From: Anaerolineales bacterium
GTDB taxonomy: Bacteria; Chloroflexota; Anaerolineae; Anaerolineales; E44-bin32
Direction: 5' to 3'
DNA: 64,000 nucleotides
NCBI GenBank assembly: GCA_034430425.1
Contig: DAOUEK010000017.1
Span: 16,827-80,826, forward strand
Of this stretch, positions 44,997-54,231 are shown piece after piece (positions within the stretch are counted from its first letter, which is position 1; every line of letters starts with the position of its first letter). A program made the position numbers and the translations under genes. The notes under the pieces are model-generated. The model was given only the letters and a program-made list of their open reading frames with translations. It ran no database searches and had not been told where the DNA came from.

Positions 44997-45241
44997 GTGT
45001 TCCCTCCGGCATAGTAACAGATCTTCCTGCTTTCGATTGTACAATGTTCTTTTCTAATGGGAAACATTGATGAATTTGTTTTCGACAAGGCCGGCAGGGA
45101 TGTAACTTTTCGTCGAATTGTATCTCCGCAATCCCGTTTGTGTGGAAACCGATGTCTTTATGCTTGAGATTTTTAGGTCTTTCTGCAATGTCATCGAACA
45201 GAAAACAAGCAAGGGTTGTCTCGAGGATGTTACCGAACTTG

Positions 45242-45325
45242 TGGGGCGGGTGGGAGTCGAACCCACACGCTCTCGCGAGCAGAGGATTTTAAGTCCCCGG
45301 CGTCTGCCAATTCCGCCACCGCCCC
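45242..45325 (-). tRNA. tRNA-Leu (anticodon UAA), type II with long variable arm
   Basis: Minus strand: GGGGCGG acceptor; anticodon stem-loop GGGGA-CUUAAAA-UCCUC; variable arm UGCUCGCGAGAGCGU; T arm GUGGG-UUCGACU-CCCAC; CCGCCCC; A73. CCA is not encoded. Confidence 0.9.
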
Positions 45326-45484
45326 GAACTGCTGTTATTGTAGCCGTAGGTGGCGAAGCGTCAAGGTATCCGGACAGGTTTCTCGACGTGCCAGTCAAGA
45401 ACCAGGCAAGTGCTTTATACTGGGAAGTACGGTTTCTGCCCTGATTTTCATATGAAAACAGGCACGATAGTGTCTTGGTCGCTA

Positions 45485-45493
45485 TGCTATAAT
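45485..45493 (+). promoter_or_regulatory. candidate extended -10 promoter element of secA (TGcTATAAT)
   Basis: TGC then TATAAT at 45488-45493. No good -35. GGAG RBS at 45501-45504 and ATG at 45513. Confidence 0.35.
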
Positions 45494-45512
45494 GCCAAAC
45501 GGAGTCGAAAAA

Positions 45513-48500
45513 ATGCTGAAATCGATTACACGCTTATTCGGAAGCGATCCCATCCGCAAGCAGCTTGAGCTTTACGATGAAATCGTGGCGCAGATCAATG
45601 CCATCGAAAACGAGATGAAAACGCTTCCTGATGAAGAATTGAAGGCGAAGACCGGAGAATTCCGCTCCCGATTGTCGTCTGGTGAGATGCTCGACGATCT
45701 TCTCCCGGAGGCGTTTGCAGTCGTCCGGGAAGCAGCTGTACGCACGGTCGGTCTGCGTCATTACGATGTCCAGCTGATCGGCGGCATCGTGCTGCATGAA
45801 GGCAAGATCGCCGAAATGAAAACGGGTGAGGGGAAAACGCTCGTAGCGACTTTGGCCATTTACCTGAATGCGTTGGAAGGCAAGGGCGTCCATCTGATCA
45901 CGGTTAACGACTATCTCGCACGACGTGACGCCCGCTGGATGGGTCCGATTTTTAATTTTCTGGGCCTCAGTGTTGGTGTGCTGCAGCAGGCGGCGCGTTC
46001 GGAAGGTGGACGCAAAGCCTTGATGTATGCGCCGGGGAAAGAATCGTCGCAAGAAGATGTCCATCAACTCGAGCTTGTGGACCGCAAGATGGCCTATGCG
46101 GCTGATGTGACCTATGGCACGAATAACGAATTCGGCTTCGATTACTTGCGCGACAACATGGCCCGCAGCCTGGAAGCGCGCTCGCAGCGCGGGCATCACT
46201 ATGCCATTCTCGATGAGGTGGACAATATCCTCATCGACGAAGCCCGTACGCCGTTGATCATCTCCGGGCCCGCGCAAGACGATCCGGAGCTCTACATTCA
46301 GATGGCGGCCGTAGTAAAACAGATGAACGCTGAGGATTATGAGATCAACGAACGTGACCGCAGTATTTCATTGACCGAACTCGGTGAAGATCATGTCGAG
46401 AAGATCCTGGGCAGGCCGCTGCGCGATCCCGACCGGCCCGAAGATATCACGCCGGAGCAAGCGCGTTTGCTTGGTTATCTCCAGCAAGCGCTGCGTGCGG
46501 AACACCTTTTCAGCCGCAACAAGGAATACGTCGTTCAAGGGGGACGCGTGGTGATTGTGGATTCGTTCACCGGCCGCTTGATGCCCGGGCGACGCTGGTC
46601 AGATGGTCTTCATCAAGCAGTGGAAGCCAAAGAAGGTGTCCGTGTTCGCCAGGAGAATGTCACCTACGCAACGATCACTTTACAGAATTACTTCCGTAAA
46701 TACGGAAAATTGAGCGGCATGACCGGCACCGCCCTGACGGAAGCGGAAGAATTCAACGAGATTTACAGCGTAGATGTCCTGCCTTTGCCGATGAACCTGG
46801 AATACCGCGTTTCCAAAGCGGAATCCGATCTTGTCGAAGTGGACTACCGGGAGAACGGCAGTCAATTCTCATACTACGCTGCGCAAGATGATGGTGATGA
46901 AGTTCCTCTATTCTGGCGGCGTAAAGATTACCCGGATATCGTCTACCGGACCGAAGAAGCCAAGCTGCGTGCGGTAACGATGGAAATCCTCAGGCGCTGT
47001 GTGCTTGGACAGCCTTTGCTGGTCGGTACAACATCTGTGGAGTTATCCGAGGGGTTGTCCAAACGGCTGCGTTCGGACCCTTTGCAGCGAGCAGCGATGA
47101 TTGCGATCCTGCGTAATCGCTATATGGAAGTGAATGAAATCCCTGCAGAGGGAATGCGTATCGCCGCACTCGAACCACTGAACGAGTCACTGGAAGAGCT
47201 CAAACCATCTGATTTACGGTCATTTGCCAGAGAATTGGATCTCAACCTCAATCCCACGCGGCCGGAGAACATCGAACGATTGGCACGCATCCTCAATCTC
47301 GATCCACAGCATCATGAACATCTTGTGGAGCTCTTGCGCAGTGGTATCAACCACAATGTGCTCAACGCGAAGAAACATACCGAAGAATCACAGATTATCG
47401 AGGGTGCGGGTGCAAAGGGTTCGGTTACGATTGCGACCAACATGGCCGGTCGTGGTGTGGACATCGTACTCGGCGGGAGTCTCCCGGACGAAGTCGCCCA
47501 GCGGGTGACTCGTGTCGCCCGCGACGCCTACGAGCGGACGGGTCGACCAGATGAGCGGGAAGAAATGGCACTTATACTGCGTTCCGGTTCCGGCACGGGC
47601 TACGGGAAAGCATCACACATCCAACGTCTGGAGCAGTGGAGGCGTGAATTTCCAACGTTGGATCGCAGCGAGATGGGCATCTACGAAGCGGATGTGGAAG
47701 CCTTCGATCAATTTATCCTCGATCGCCAACAGGTCCTGCAGGCTGGCGGTTTGCATGTTCTTGGTTGCGTGCGCCATGAAGCGCGCCGTATCGACAATCA
47801 GCTGCGCGGTCGCGCCGCACGGCAGGGAGATCCCGGTTCATCTCAGTTCTTCCTCTCATTGGAAGATGATTTGATGCGTCTATTCGGTGGTTCTCAAGTC
47901 TCTGGCTTGATGCAGCGCTTGAACATCGATGATGCTATGCCGATCGCCCACAACGTTGTAAATCGGGTTATCGAACAATCGCAAGGCAGGGTGGAAGGCG
48001 CGAACTTCGACGTGCGCAAACATCTCCTCGAGTACGATGACGTACTCAATCAACAACGAGAGGTGTTTTACTCCCAGCGAGACCGTGTTTTCGCCAAAGG
48101 GGATTTGAGTGAAGACATCAATGAAATGCTGCGTTTCGAAGTCGAACGCCATGTGGAAGCCAGCTTCTTGGATGATGAAGGGGCCTGGAAATTACTCGCC
48201 TGGTTGGAAGAGATTCAACCTACGCTGAATGTCGACATGGAGGATGCCTATCCATCTTACATGCTGCGCATGCTCATTGATGAACTTGGCCAAATCGACG
48301 ATCCGGAATCTTTATTCCCGGCTTTGGTCGACGCTGCACGACAGGCGTTGAATGCCCAATACGAACACGTACGACAGGCTGTTGCAGAGCAAATGGATCG
48401 GACGATCGAGCGACTCGATGATCAGGTCGATCAGCGTGTCGAAATTGCGGAAATGGCAATTGAAGGGGCAATGCTCGAGGCCGAGGAAGCGGGCATGGAG

Positions 48501-49559
48501 GTCGATCCCAACCTCCTGCTGCAGGCGGTGCAAAAAGCCACGGGCGTTCATGTCAAAATGGATTCAGAGTCCATGAATCAAATTCGGGAAAATCCCTACG
48601 CCTTTCGAAAATCCGTCCCACGTTTAATCGAAGGTGGGCTTGGTATTCGCGTGTGGTCAGGCTTGGTCCAATCGGCAGAGCGTCGTGTTGGTGAATCCTT
48701 GAACATGGATTATCAATTTTCTACCCCTATCGATTGGAGTGAGGCCGGCGAGTATTTGCTGCAGGCTGTCGAACAAGTCACAGCGAACAAAACCGATCGG
48801 ATACTCGCAGATGTTGAGCGCGACTTGCGCAGCGCTTTGGAGCGTGTGCAAGCGATCGATGAGGCGCTTATACTTCGTCTCCTTGTGCGAATGAGTTATG
48901 GGAAGCAAGCATACTTTGACAAGAAGACCCATCAACGCAAATCTGCCGTTGTAGCACGCCTCACATATCCATTTTCAGCGGTTCGATATCTGGATGGCCG
49001 TACTCCGGAGCAATTGACCGATGAGATACTTTCGCATCTTGAAGGCGCTCGTCAAACCCTCCTGCGCAGCCTTGGGCGAAGTGAATTGACTCGTCTTGCG
49101 CATACCAAGATCGAAGATTTCGAATACGTTGCTCGAGCAAGTATGCAGCGTGAACTCGATGATGAAATCTACCAGAAGCTCGTCGAAGGTCAGACTTTCG
49201 CTTCTCTTGATGAATCGTCTCAAGCGGAGATCACCTCGGTTTTAGGTGGGCGGGTGCTTACAGAAAGTCATCGCAGATTAATCCTATCCGTGGGCGATAG
49301 TCTCTGGATTGACTATCTGACACAGATGGAAGCGCTGCGTACATCGATCGGCCTGGAAGCCTACGCACAGCGTGATCCCCTCGTACAGTATAAGAGTCGT
49401 GCGTTTGATATGTTCGGAAACTTGCTCGCCACGATGCGATCGGGGGTCGTCTCCCGCATGTTCCGTGTGGGAGCTGGAGCACCATCCTCACAATCTGCCT
49501 CCGGGAAACCGTCGTCAGGGTCGCGCAGTAAAGCGAAAAAACGCCGCCGCCGCCGATGA
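45513..49559 (+). CDS. secA: preprotein translocase ATPase SecA, unusually long (1348 aa)
   Basis: MLKSITRLFGSDPIRKQL start; Walker A MKTGEGKTL; DEVDNILIDEARTPLIISG; NVLNAKKH; ATNMAGRGVDI; RRIDNQLRGRAARQGDPG; LWIDYLTQMEALR...YAQRDPLVQYK. Large extra segments and a KKRRRRR tail. Confidence 0.95.
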   Translation: MLKSITRLFGSDPIRKQLELYDEIVAQINAIENEMKTLPDEELKAKTGEFRSRLSSGEMLDDLLPEAFAVVREAAVRTVGLRHYDVQLIGGIVLHEGKIAEMKTGEGKTLVATLAIYLNALEGKGVHLITVNDYLARRDARWMGPIFNFLGLSVGVLQQAARSEGGRKALMYAPGKESSQEDVHQLELVDRKMAYAADVTYGTNNEFGFDYLRDNMARSLEARSQRGHHYAILDEVDNILIDEARTPLIISGPAQDDPELYIQMAAVVKQMNAEDYEINERDRSISLTELGEDHVEKILGRPLRDPDRPEDITPEQARLLGYLQQALRAEHLFSRNKEYVVQGGRVVIVDSFTGRLMPGRRWSDGLHQAVEAKEGVRVRQENVTYATITLQNYFRKYGKLSGMTGTALTEAEEFNEIYSVDVLPLPMNLEYRVSKAESDLVEVDYRENGSQFSYYAAQDDGDEVPLFWRRKDYPDIVYRTEEAKLRAVTMEILRRCVLGQPLLVGTTSVELSEGLSKRLRSDPLQRAAMIAILRNRYMEVNEIPAEGMRIAALEPLNESLEELKPSDLRSFARELDLNLNPTRPENIERLARILNLDPQHHEHLVELLRSGINHNVLNAKKHTEESQIIEGAGAKGSVTIATNMAGRGVDIVLGGSLPDEVAQRVTRVARDAYERTGRPDEREEMALILRSGSGTGYGKASHIQRLEQWRREFPTLDRSEMGIYEADVEAFDQFILDRQQVLQAGGLHVLGCVRHEARRIDNQLRGRAARQGDPGSSQFFLSLEDDLMRLFGGSQVSGLMQRLNIDDAMPIAHNVVNRVIEQSQGRVEGANFDVRKHLLEYDDVLNQQREVFYSQRDRVFAKGDLSEDINEMLRFEVERHVEASFLDDEGAWKLLAWLEEIQPTLNVDMEDAYPSYMLRMLIDELGQIDDPESLFPALVDAARQALNAQYEHVRQAVAEQMDRTIERLDDQVDQRVEIAEMAIEGAMLEAEEAGMEVDPNLLLQAVQKATGVHVKMDSESMNQIRENPYAFRKSVPRLIEGGLGIRVWSGLVQSAERRVGESLNMDYQFSTPIDWSEAGEYLLQAVEQVTANKTDRILADVERDLRSALERVQAIDEALILRLLVRMSYGKQAYFDKKTHQRKSAVVARLTYPFSAVRYLDGRTPEQLTDEILSHLEGARQTLLRSLGRSELTRLAHTKIEDFEYVARASMQRELDDEIYQKLVEGQTFASLDESSQAEITSVLGGRVLTESHRRLILSVGDSLWIDYLTQMEALRTSIGLEAYAQRDPLVQYKSRAFDMFGNLLATMRSGVVSRMFRVGAGAPSSQSASGKPSSGSRSKAKKRRRRR

Positions 49560-49697
49560 CGTCGCAGTGATTCTGTTGACATTGCCTTCATATCCGGGAC
49601 GAGTTGGGGATAGATATCTCGGGGCGGCGTGATTTGAGTTATTCGAATACAGCAGTGCACTACGCCATCTCGTAAAGCTGTTTATCGAAGTCCGGGT

Positions 49698-50477
49698 TTA
49701 TTGAAGCGCCTCCCACTCCGCAACCGCTTTGCGGATCAATTCACTGACATCGGAGTCGGGCACTTCATCAATCGCGTAACTGTTGTTTTCAATCAGCACA
49801 CGTACAGTTTCATCCGGACCTTCGAATAGTTTGATCCTTCTTTTCTCTTCTTCGATTTCTGCAAGACTGAGCTGGAGGAAATGGTTGATCTGTTCAACCA
49901 TATTGAGCGGTTTATGCACCGCTTGTTTTACCGGTTTCAGTTCAACGACTTTCCCCTGCACGCCAGAGAGCCAGACAGATAAATCTGCGTTGGCATGTTC
50001 CACTCTATTCCAATCGGGCGAATCGTTTAAATCTTGTGACGAATAGTACTCATGATCACCAACCTGTACGATGAGATTTCCTTTTTCTTCGTCACGGAGA
50101 AGCGTAAAGACACAGATTCTCTTTTTCGTCGCTGGGGCAGCATCGTCAATGGGTTCGGGTTCTTCAACTTCCGCTGTCTCGTCCTCCCGGTTTATGGGCG
50201 TACCCTTCTTCTGAACACGTGAAACAATCCAGGTTTTTGCTTTCTGCAGAGAAAGGGTGATCCGCTCTTTAATTTGATTCAATGATGTATCTCCTGACTT
50301 TTCTTCAGTGGTTTGATCGTCATCATCCTTTTCTGCATCGCCAAGTTTCAATTTTTCTTTGGCCTTTGTTTTCGCAGCCTTTTGTTGTTCTCGCAGAATT
50401 GTGAATGCCAACAAGGCAACGAAGCCGCCGAGGCTCATCATGATAACGCCGACCAATAATTGTTTATCGGGATTCAT
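49698..50477 (-). CDS. hypothetical single-pass membrane protein (260 aa)
   Basis: ATG 50477 overlaps the mutM stop (ATGA). N-terminal TM helix, then a Lys/Asp/Glu-rich linker. No family recognised. Confidence 0.5.
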   Translation of the reverse strand: MNPDKQLLVGVIMMSLGGFVALLAFTILREQQKAAKTKAKEKLKLGDAEKDDDDQTTEEKSGDTSLNQIKERITLSLQKAKTWIVSRVQKKGTPINREDETAEVEEPEPIDDAAPATKKRICVFTLLRDEEKGNLIVQVGDHEYYSSQDLNDSPDWNRVEHANADLSVWLSGVQGKVVELKPVKQAVHKPLNMVEQINHFLQLSLAEIEEEKRRIKLFEGPDETVRVLIENNSYAIDEVPDSDVSELIRKAVAEWEALQ

Positions 50478-51298
50478 GTCCTGGCCTCCGGTTGGCATTG
50501 CGGACAGAAGTGTGTACCTCGTTGTCCAATTACCGTGCGTTCGATGGTCGAACCGCAAGTCTCACATGCTTCGCCAGTTCGCTGGTAGACACGAAAGTGA
50601 TTTTGAAATTCGCCACCTCGATAGGCCCAATCAATACTGGCTCCATTATGGATGATGCCGTTTTCCAAAGCGCTACGAATTCCTTTCCATAGTGCGCGAA
50701 CTTCATCCTGGTCAAGTGTATCGCTGCGACGCAAGGGATGAATTCCTGCGAGATGCAGCGCTTCATCAGTGTAGATATTGCCGAGACCGGCCAGAAACGT
50801 CTGGTCGAGCAGCAGGGGTTTGATCTGACGTTTCTTTTTATGCAGGCTTAGTTTCAAGGATTGCGGTGTGAAATCCGGATTTAATGGTTCTGGTCCAAGT
50901 TTTCCGAAAATTATCTCCGCATCATCCACGAGATAGACCTGGCCGAATTTTCTAACATCATTAAACCGAAATTGGTAGCTATTCTCAAGGAAGAAAATGG
51001 TGTGATCATGCAGATCGCGTGGCGTGTCCTTCGGAAGCACAGAAAGATCACCACTCATTCGCAGATGAATGATCAGGTTGCCGCGATCTAGTTGGATGCG
51101 GATGAATTTACCTCGACGTCCGATTTCTTGGACAATCTGACCTTTAATCCGGCGTCGAAAGGTCGAAGGAGACGGCGTATGGATGTGGCGCGGCCAATAT
51201 AAGGAGACGCGTTCGATTCTCTGGCCTTTCAATGGTGGACCATGATGTCCTTCGCGGAGATTTCGTACGATGGTTTCTACTTCCGGCAATTCCGGCAT
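50474..51298 (-). CDS. mutM: formamidopyrimidine-DNA glycosylase
   Basis: MPELPEVETI N-terminus, H2TH region and C-terminal zinc finger CETCGSTI...CPQCQ. Confidence 0.92.
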   Translation of the reverse strand: MPELPEVETIVRNLREGHHGPPLKGQRIERVSLYWPRHIHTPSPSTFRRRIKGQIVQEIGRRGKFIRIQLDRGNLIIHLRMSGDLSVLPKDTPRDLHDHTIFFLENSYQFRFNDVRKFGQVYLVDDAEIIFGKLGPEPLNPDFTPQSLKLSLHKKKRQIKPLLLDQTFLAGLGNIYTDEALHLAGIHPLRRSDTLDQDEVRALWKGIRSALENGIIHNGASIDWAYRGGEFQNHFRVYQRTGEACETCGSTIERTVIGQRGTHFCPQCQPEART

Positions 51299-51371
51299 AC
51301 GTTGGCATTATACCGTTCATGGGCAGAACGGCAAATAATCCGTATCCCGTCCCTTCTTGAAAAGCCAATGT

Positions 51372-51932
51372 TTAACGCACGCAGATATGATCCTGTATTT
51401 GCTCGAATTTCGCAGGACCGATGCCGGAGACTTGTGTGATATCCTCCGGTTTCTGAAAGGGACCGTTCTTGTCACGATAATCGACGATCTTTTGGGCCAG
51501 GCTGGGTCCGATTCCGGGAAGCATCTCCAGTTCTGGTGCAGTAGCTGTATTGATGTTTAATAATCCTCCATCATACGTTTGACTTTCAGGTTTCGGAAGC
51601 TTGGCTTGATCGTCTTCGTCTGCCAGGAATGGAACGGTGATCTGCTGGCCATCCACCAATGTTGCCGCGAGATTGATCCAGTCAATGGCTGCGGTGTCCA
51701 GGGTCCCTCCTGCCTGTTCGATGGCCTCACGCACAATCGATCCGTTGGGTAATTCGTACACTCCCGGGTTGACGACCGCACCAGCGACGTGAACTTGTAT
51801 GGGCCCCGGGGTTGGAGGCGGGAGCAGCACGACGGGTGTACCGCGCGGCTCGGATATGAAGAGAATGAGCAGGCCTGTTGCGAGTAAACTGAGGAGCAAC
51901 CCTCCGAAAAAGACACCGATCTTTCGCAGCAT
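51372..51932 (-). CDS. comEA: ComEA-family DNA-binding protein (SLBB plus helix-hairpin-helix)
   Basis: N-terminal TM helix. INTATAPELEMLPGIGPSLAQKIVDYRDKNGPFQKPEDITQVSGIGPAKFEQI. Confidence 0.85.
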   Translation of the reverse strand: MLRKIGVFFGGLLLSLLATGLLILFISEPRGTPVVLLPPPTPGPIQVHVAGAVVNPGVYELPNGSIVREAIEQAGGTLDTAAIDWINLAATLVDGQQITVPFLADEDDQAKLPKPESQTYDGGLLNINTATAPELEMLPGIGPSLAQKIVDYRDKNGPFQKPEDITQVSGIGPAKFEQIQDHICVR

Positions 51933-52016
51933 GATATTTCCCCCTGATGCCAGTTTGAAGATGTCTCAATTATAGGTTAAATACGCAAGCCGGATCAAAC
52001 CGGCTATAATCAACGT

Positions 52017-52565
52017 ATGTCTGAGAAAAGAGGAGCGGGAGACGACGGCTTTACTGACCTGCTTGGCAACGAACGGGTAGCGAAATATGATCTGCGGCCG
52101 GTTTGTTTTGGGACGGTCGATGAAGCTTCTGCGGCGCTTGGTGTTGCGTATTCGTTCGTCCAGGCGGATGAAATCAAGGTATTGATTCGCACTATCCAAA
52201 AAGACCTCTACCACATGATGGCCGAACTTGCCGCCACGAAGGAGTCGGCATCCCGTTTTCGTGAAATCGATGCAGATCGGGTTACCTGGCTGGCAAAACA
52301 GATCGAACATTTCGAGCAAAGGGTGGATATCCAGGATGATTTCATTCTGGCCGGAGACTCTCGGGCTGCTGCGACTCTCGACCTGGCTCGTACGATCGTG
52401 CGCCGGGCGGAACGCAGCGCTGCGCAGCTGTACCACGAGGATGAAATTGGCAACGCCCATATCCTCGCGTACCTCAATCGATTATCCAGCCTGTGTTTTG
52501 TTCTCATGCTGTGGGAAGAGCATCTTTCCGGAAACGAATCCCCGCAGCAGACGAAAGAGACGTAA
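52017..52565 (+). CDS. PduO-type ATP:cob(I)alamin adenosyltransferase
   Basis: GDDGFTDLLGNERVAKYDLRPVCFGTVDEASAALGVA N-terminal motif and helical-bundle size (182 aa). Confidence 0.82.
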   Translation: MSEKRGAGDDGFTDLLGNERVAKYDLRPVCFGTVDEASAALGVAYSFVQADEIKVLIRTIQKDLYHMMAELAATKESASRFREIDADRVTWLAKQIEHFEQRVDIQDDFILAGDSRAAATLDLARTIVRRAERSAAQLYHEDEIGNAHILAYLNRLSSLCFVLMLWEEHLSGNESPQQTKET

Positions 52566-52567
52566 TC

Positions 52568-53296
52568 GTGATTGGGACCTTGATTAACATCGTCAGCGTT
52601 ATCCTTGGCAGTGCTGTTGGGATGGTCTCGGGTTCTCGACTTCCGGATCGTGTGCGTGAAACGGTGATTGCAAGCCTGGGCGTGTTCACTCTGGCAGTTG
52701 GCATTAGTCTGTTTATCGACAGCATGGGAGTCGAAGGGGAGAATGTACTCATTCCGTTAATCAGCCTGTTGATCGGAGGTATTTTAGGTGAGTGGTGGCA
52801 GATCGAGCGAAGGATTAAATCTTTCGGTGCTTGGCTTGAAAGGAAGTTCACAGCAGGTGAGGCTGGGGCGGAAGGCGAGAATCATTTTGTACGAGGGTTT
52901 CTATCGGCGAGTTTGCTCTTCTGTGTCGGCCCGATGACCATCCTGGGTTCCATTCAAGACGGACTGACCGGTGACTCTCGCTTGTTGGTGATCAAATCCG
53001 TCCTGGATGGTTTTGCAGCCATTGCTCTGGCTTCCACACTTGGTGTTGGTGTAGTGTTTTCTGTGATCGTGATCCTTGTGTATCAAGGGGGGATCAGTTT
53101 ACTCGCTACACAAGCAGCCAGTTTCTTCAGCGAAATTGTGCTGGCGGAACTGACGGCCGTCGGCGGGATACTGCTGGTAAGCCTCTCGATTGGATCGATT
53201 CTCGAGATTCGTCCGATCCGTTCCGGCAATTTACTGCCGGCCTTGCTGATTGCCCCGATTCTGGTTTTCTTGATTCAATTCTTTGGAATCGGCTGA
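52568..53296 (+). CDS. DUF554-family membrane protein
   Basis: VIGTLINIVSVILGSAVGMVSGSRLPDRVRETV... and an overall polytopic profile typical of DUF554 (YdfK-like). GTG start follows the upstream stop after a 2-nt gap. Confidence 0.72.
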   Translation: MIGTLINIVSVILGSAVGMVSGSRLPDRVRETVIASLGVFTLAVGISLFIDSMGVEGENVLIPLISLLIGGILGEWWQIERRIKSFGAWLERKFTAGEAGAEGENHFVRGFLSASLLFCVGPMTILGSIQDGLTGDSRLLVIKSVLDGFAAIALASTLGVGVVFSVIVILVYQGGISLLATQAASFFSEIVLAELTAVGGILLVSLSIGSILEIRPIRSGNLLPALLIAPILVFLIQFFGIG

Positions 53297-53433
53297 TCGA
53301 CAGGATGGACGGATCATGGGTGTGCCCCGTCGATGGATGAATTTTCTATCGCTAAAAGTACCGTCGTTTTCTTCTCTTTTTCGAATCAGGCGAAAGATCT
53401 TTCCACTGCAATCTATTCCATCCGGGCAGGGGT

Positions 53434-54138
53434 TCAATCCGTCTCTTGCAGTGCGGATTCGATTTCGAGTTGAAAATCGGCTAACGATGGTGGCTCTGGA
53501 CCTTGAATGATATTACCGTTGATAATGAACGTAGTGGGTGATTTGACTCCATTGGCGATTGCGGCAGCAGATTCAGCTTCAACTCTGGAAGTATAACGTC
53601 CTTCACTCACACAACTCAAGAATTCATTCTGGTCGAGATCCAATGTCTCTGCGAATGCGAGGAGACGGGCAGATGAGAAAGTACCGCTGTCTACATCGGT
53701 CTGATTTGCAAAGAGAAGATCTGCGTATTCCCAGAAACGATCCTGCTCTGCTGCACAAAGACTGGCGTTTGCCGCTGCGTTCGATTCTCTGCCGAGGATG
53801 GCAAATTGACGATATTCGTATCTCACCTGGCCATTGGCAATGTAGGTAGCGATAATTTGTGGCAGCATGTTCTCATGGAAATAGCGGCAATACACACATT
53901 GGAAATCGGAGTACTCTTCGATTACGACGGGCGCATCCTGGCTCCCCAGCGATGTGCCTTCCACGAACGGCAAGGTGCGTTTTTCGGGGATGATGATTTC
54001 TCCATTGGGATCTGAACCAGGCCTGATTATCAATGCGGCGATAGCAATAACTGCTCCAACGACAATGATTGCTGAAATCAAGCGCCGTTGATGTTTCTGA
54101 CGTCTACGACGGGCGATCATTTTTCCACGTTTGCTCAT
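53434..54138 (-). CDS. DsbA-like thiol:disulfide oxidoreductase (membrane-anchored thioredoxin fold)
   Basis: Signal anchor and active site YSDFQCVYCRYF (CxxC). Confidence 0.75.
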   Translation of the reverse strand: MSKRGKMIARRRRQKHQRRLISAIIVVGAVIAIAALIIRPGSDPNGEIIIPEKRTLPFVEGTSLGSQDAPVVIEEYSDFQCVYCRYFHENMLPQIIATYIANGQVRYEYRQFAILGRESNAAANASLCAAEQDRFWEYADLLFANQTDVDSGTFSSARLLAFAETLDLDQNEFLSCVSEGRYTSRVEAESAAAIANGVKSPTTFIINGNIIQGPEPPSLADFQLEIESALQETD

Positions 54139-54231
54139 TGTCACTCCGGGTTGAGAAGGTACGATCAATCATGCCAGATAAGATGAGATCCGTCTATATA
54201 GCCTCCGTGCAGAAATGTATACCCGCTTGGT

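Noticed and set aside
45045-45512. Looked for an integrase, att-like direct repeats or other island signatures next to tRNA-Leu
   Set aside because: No integrase or transposase ORF is present, and there is no repeat of the tRNA 3' end in the window. The flanking genes are core (secA, secreted lipoprotein).
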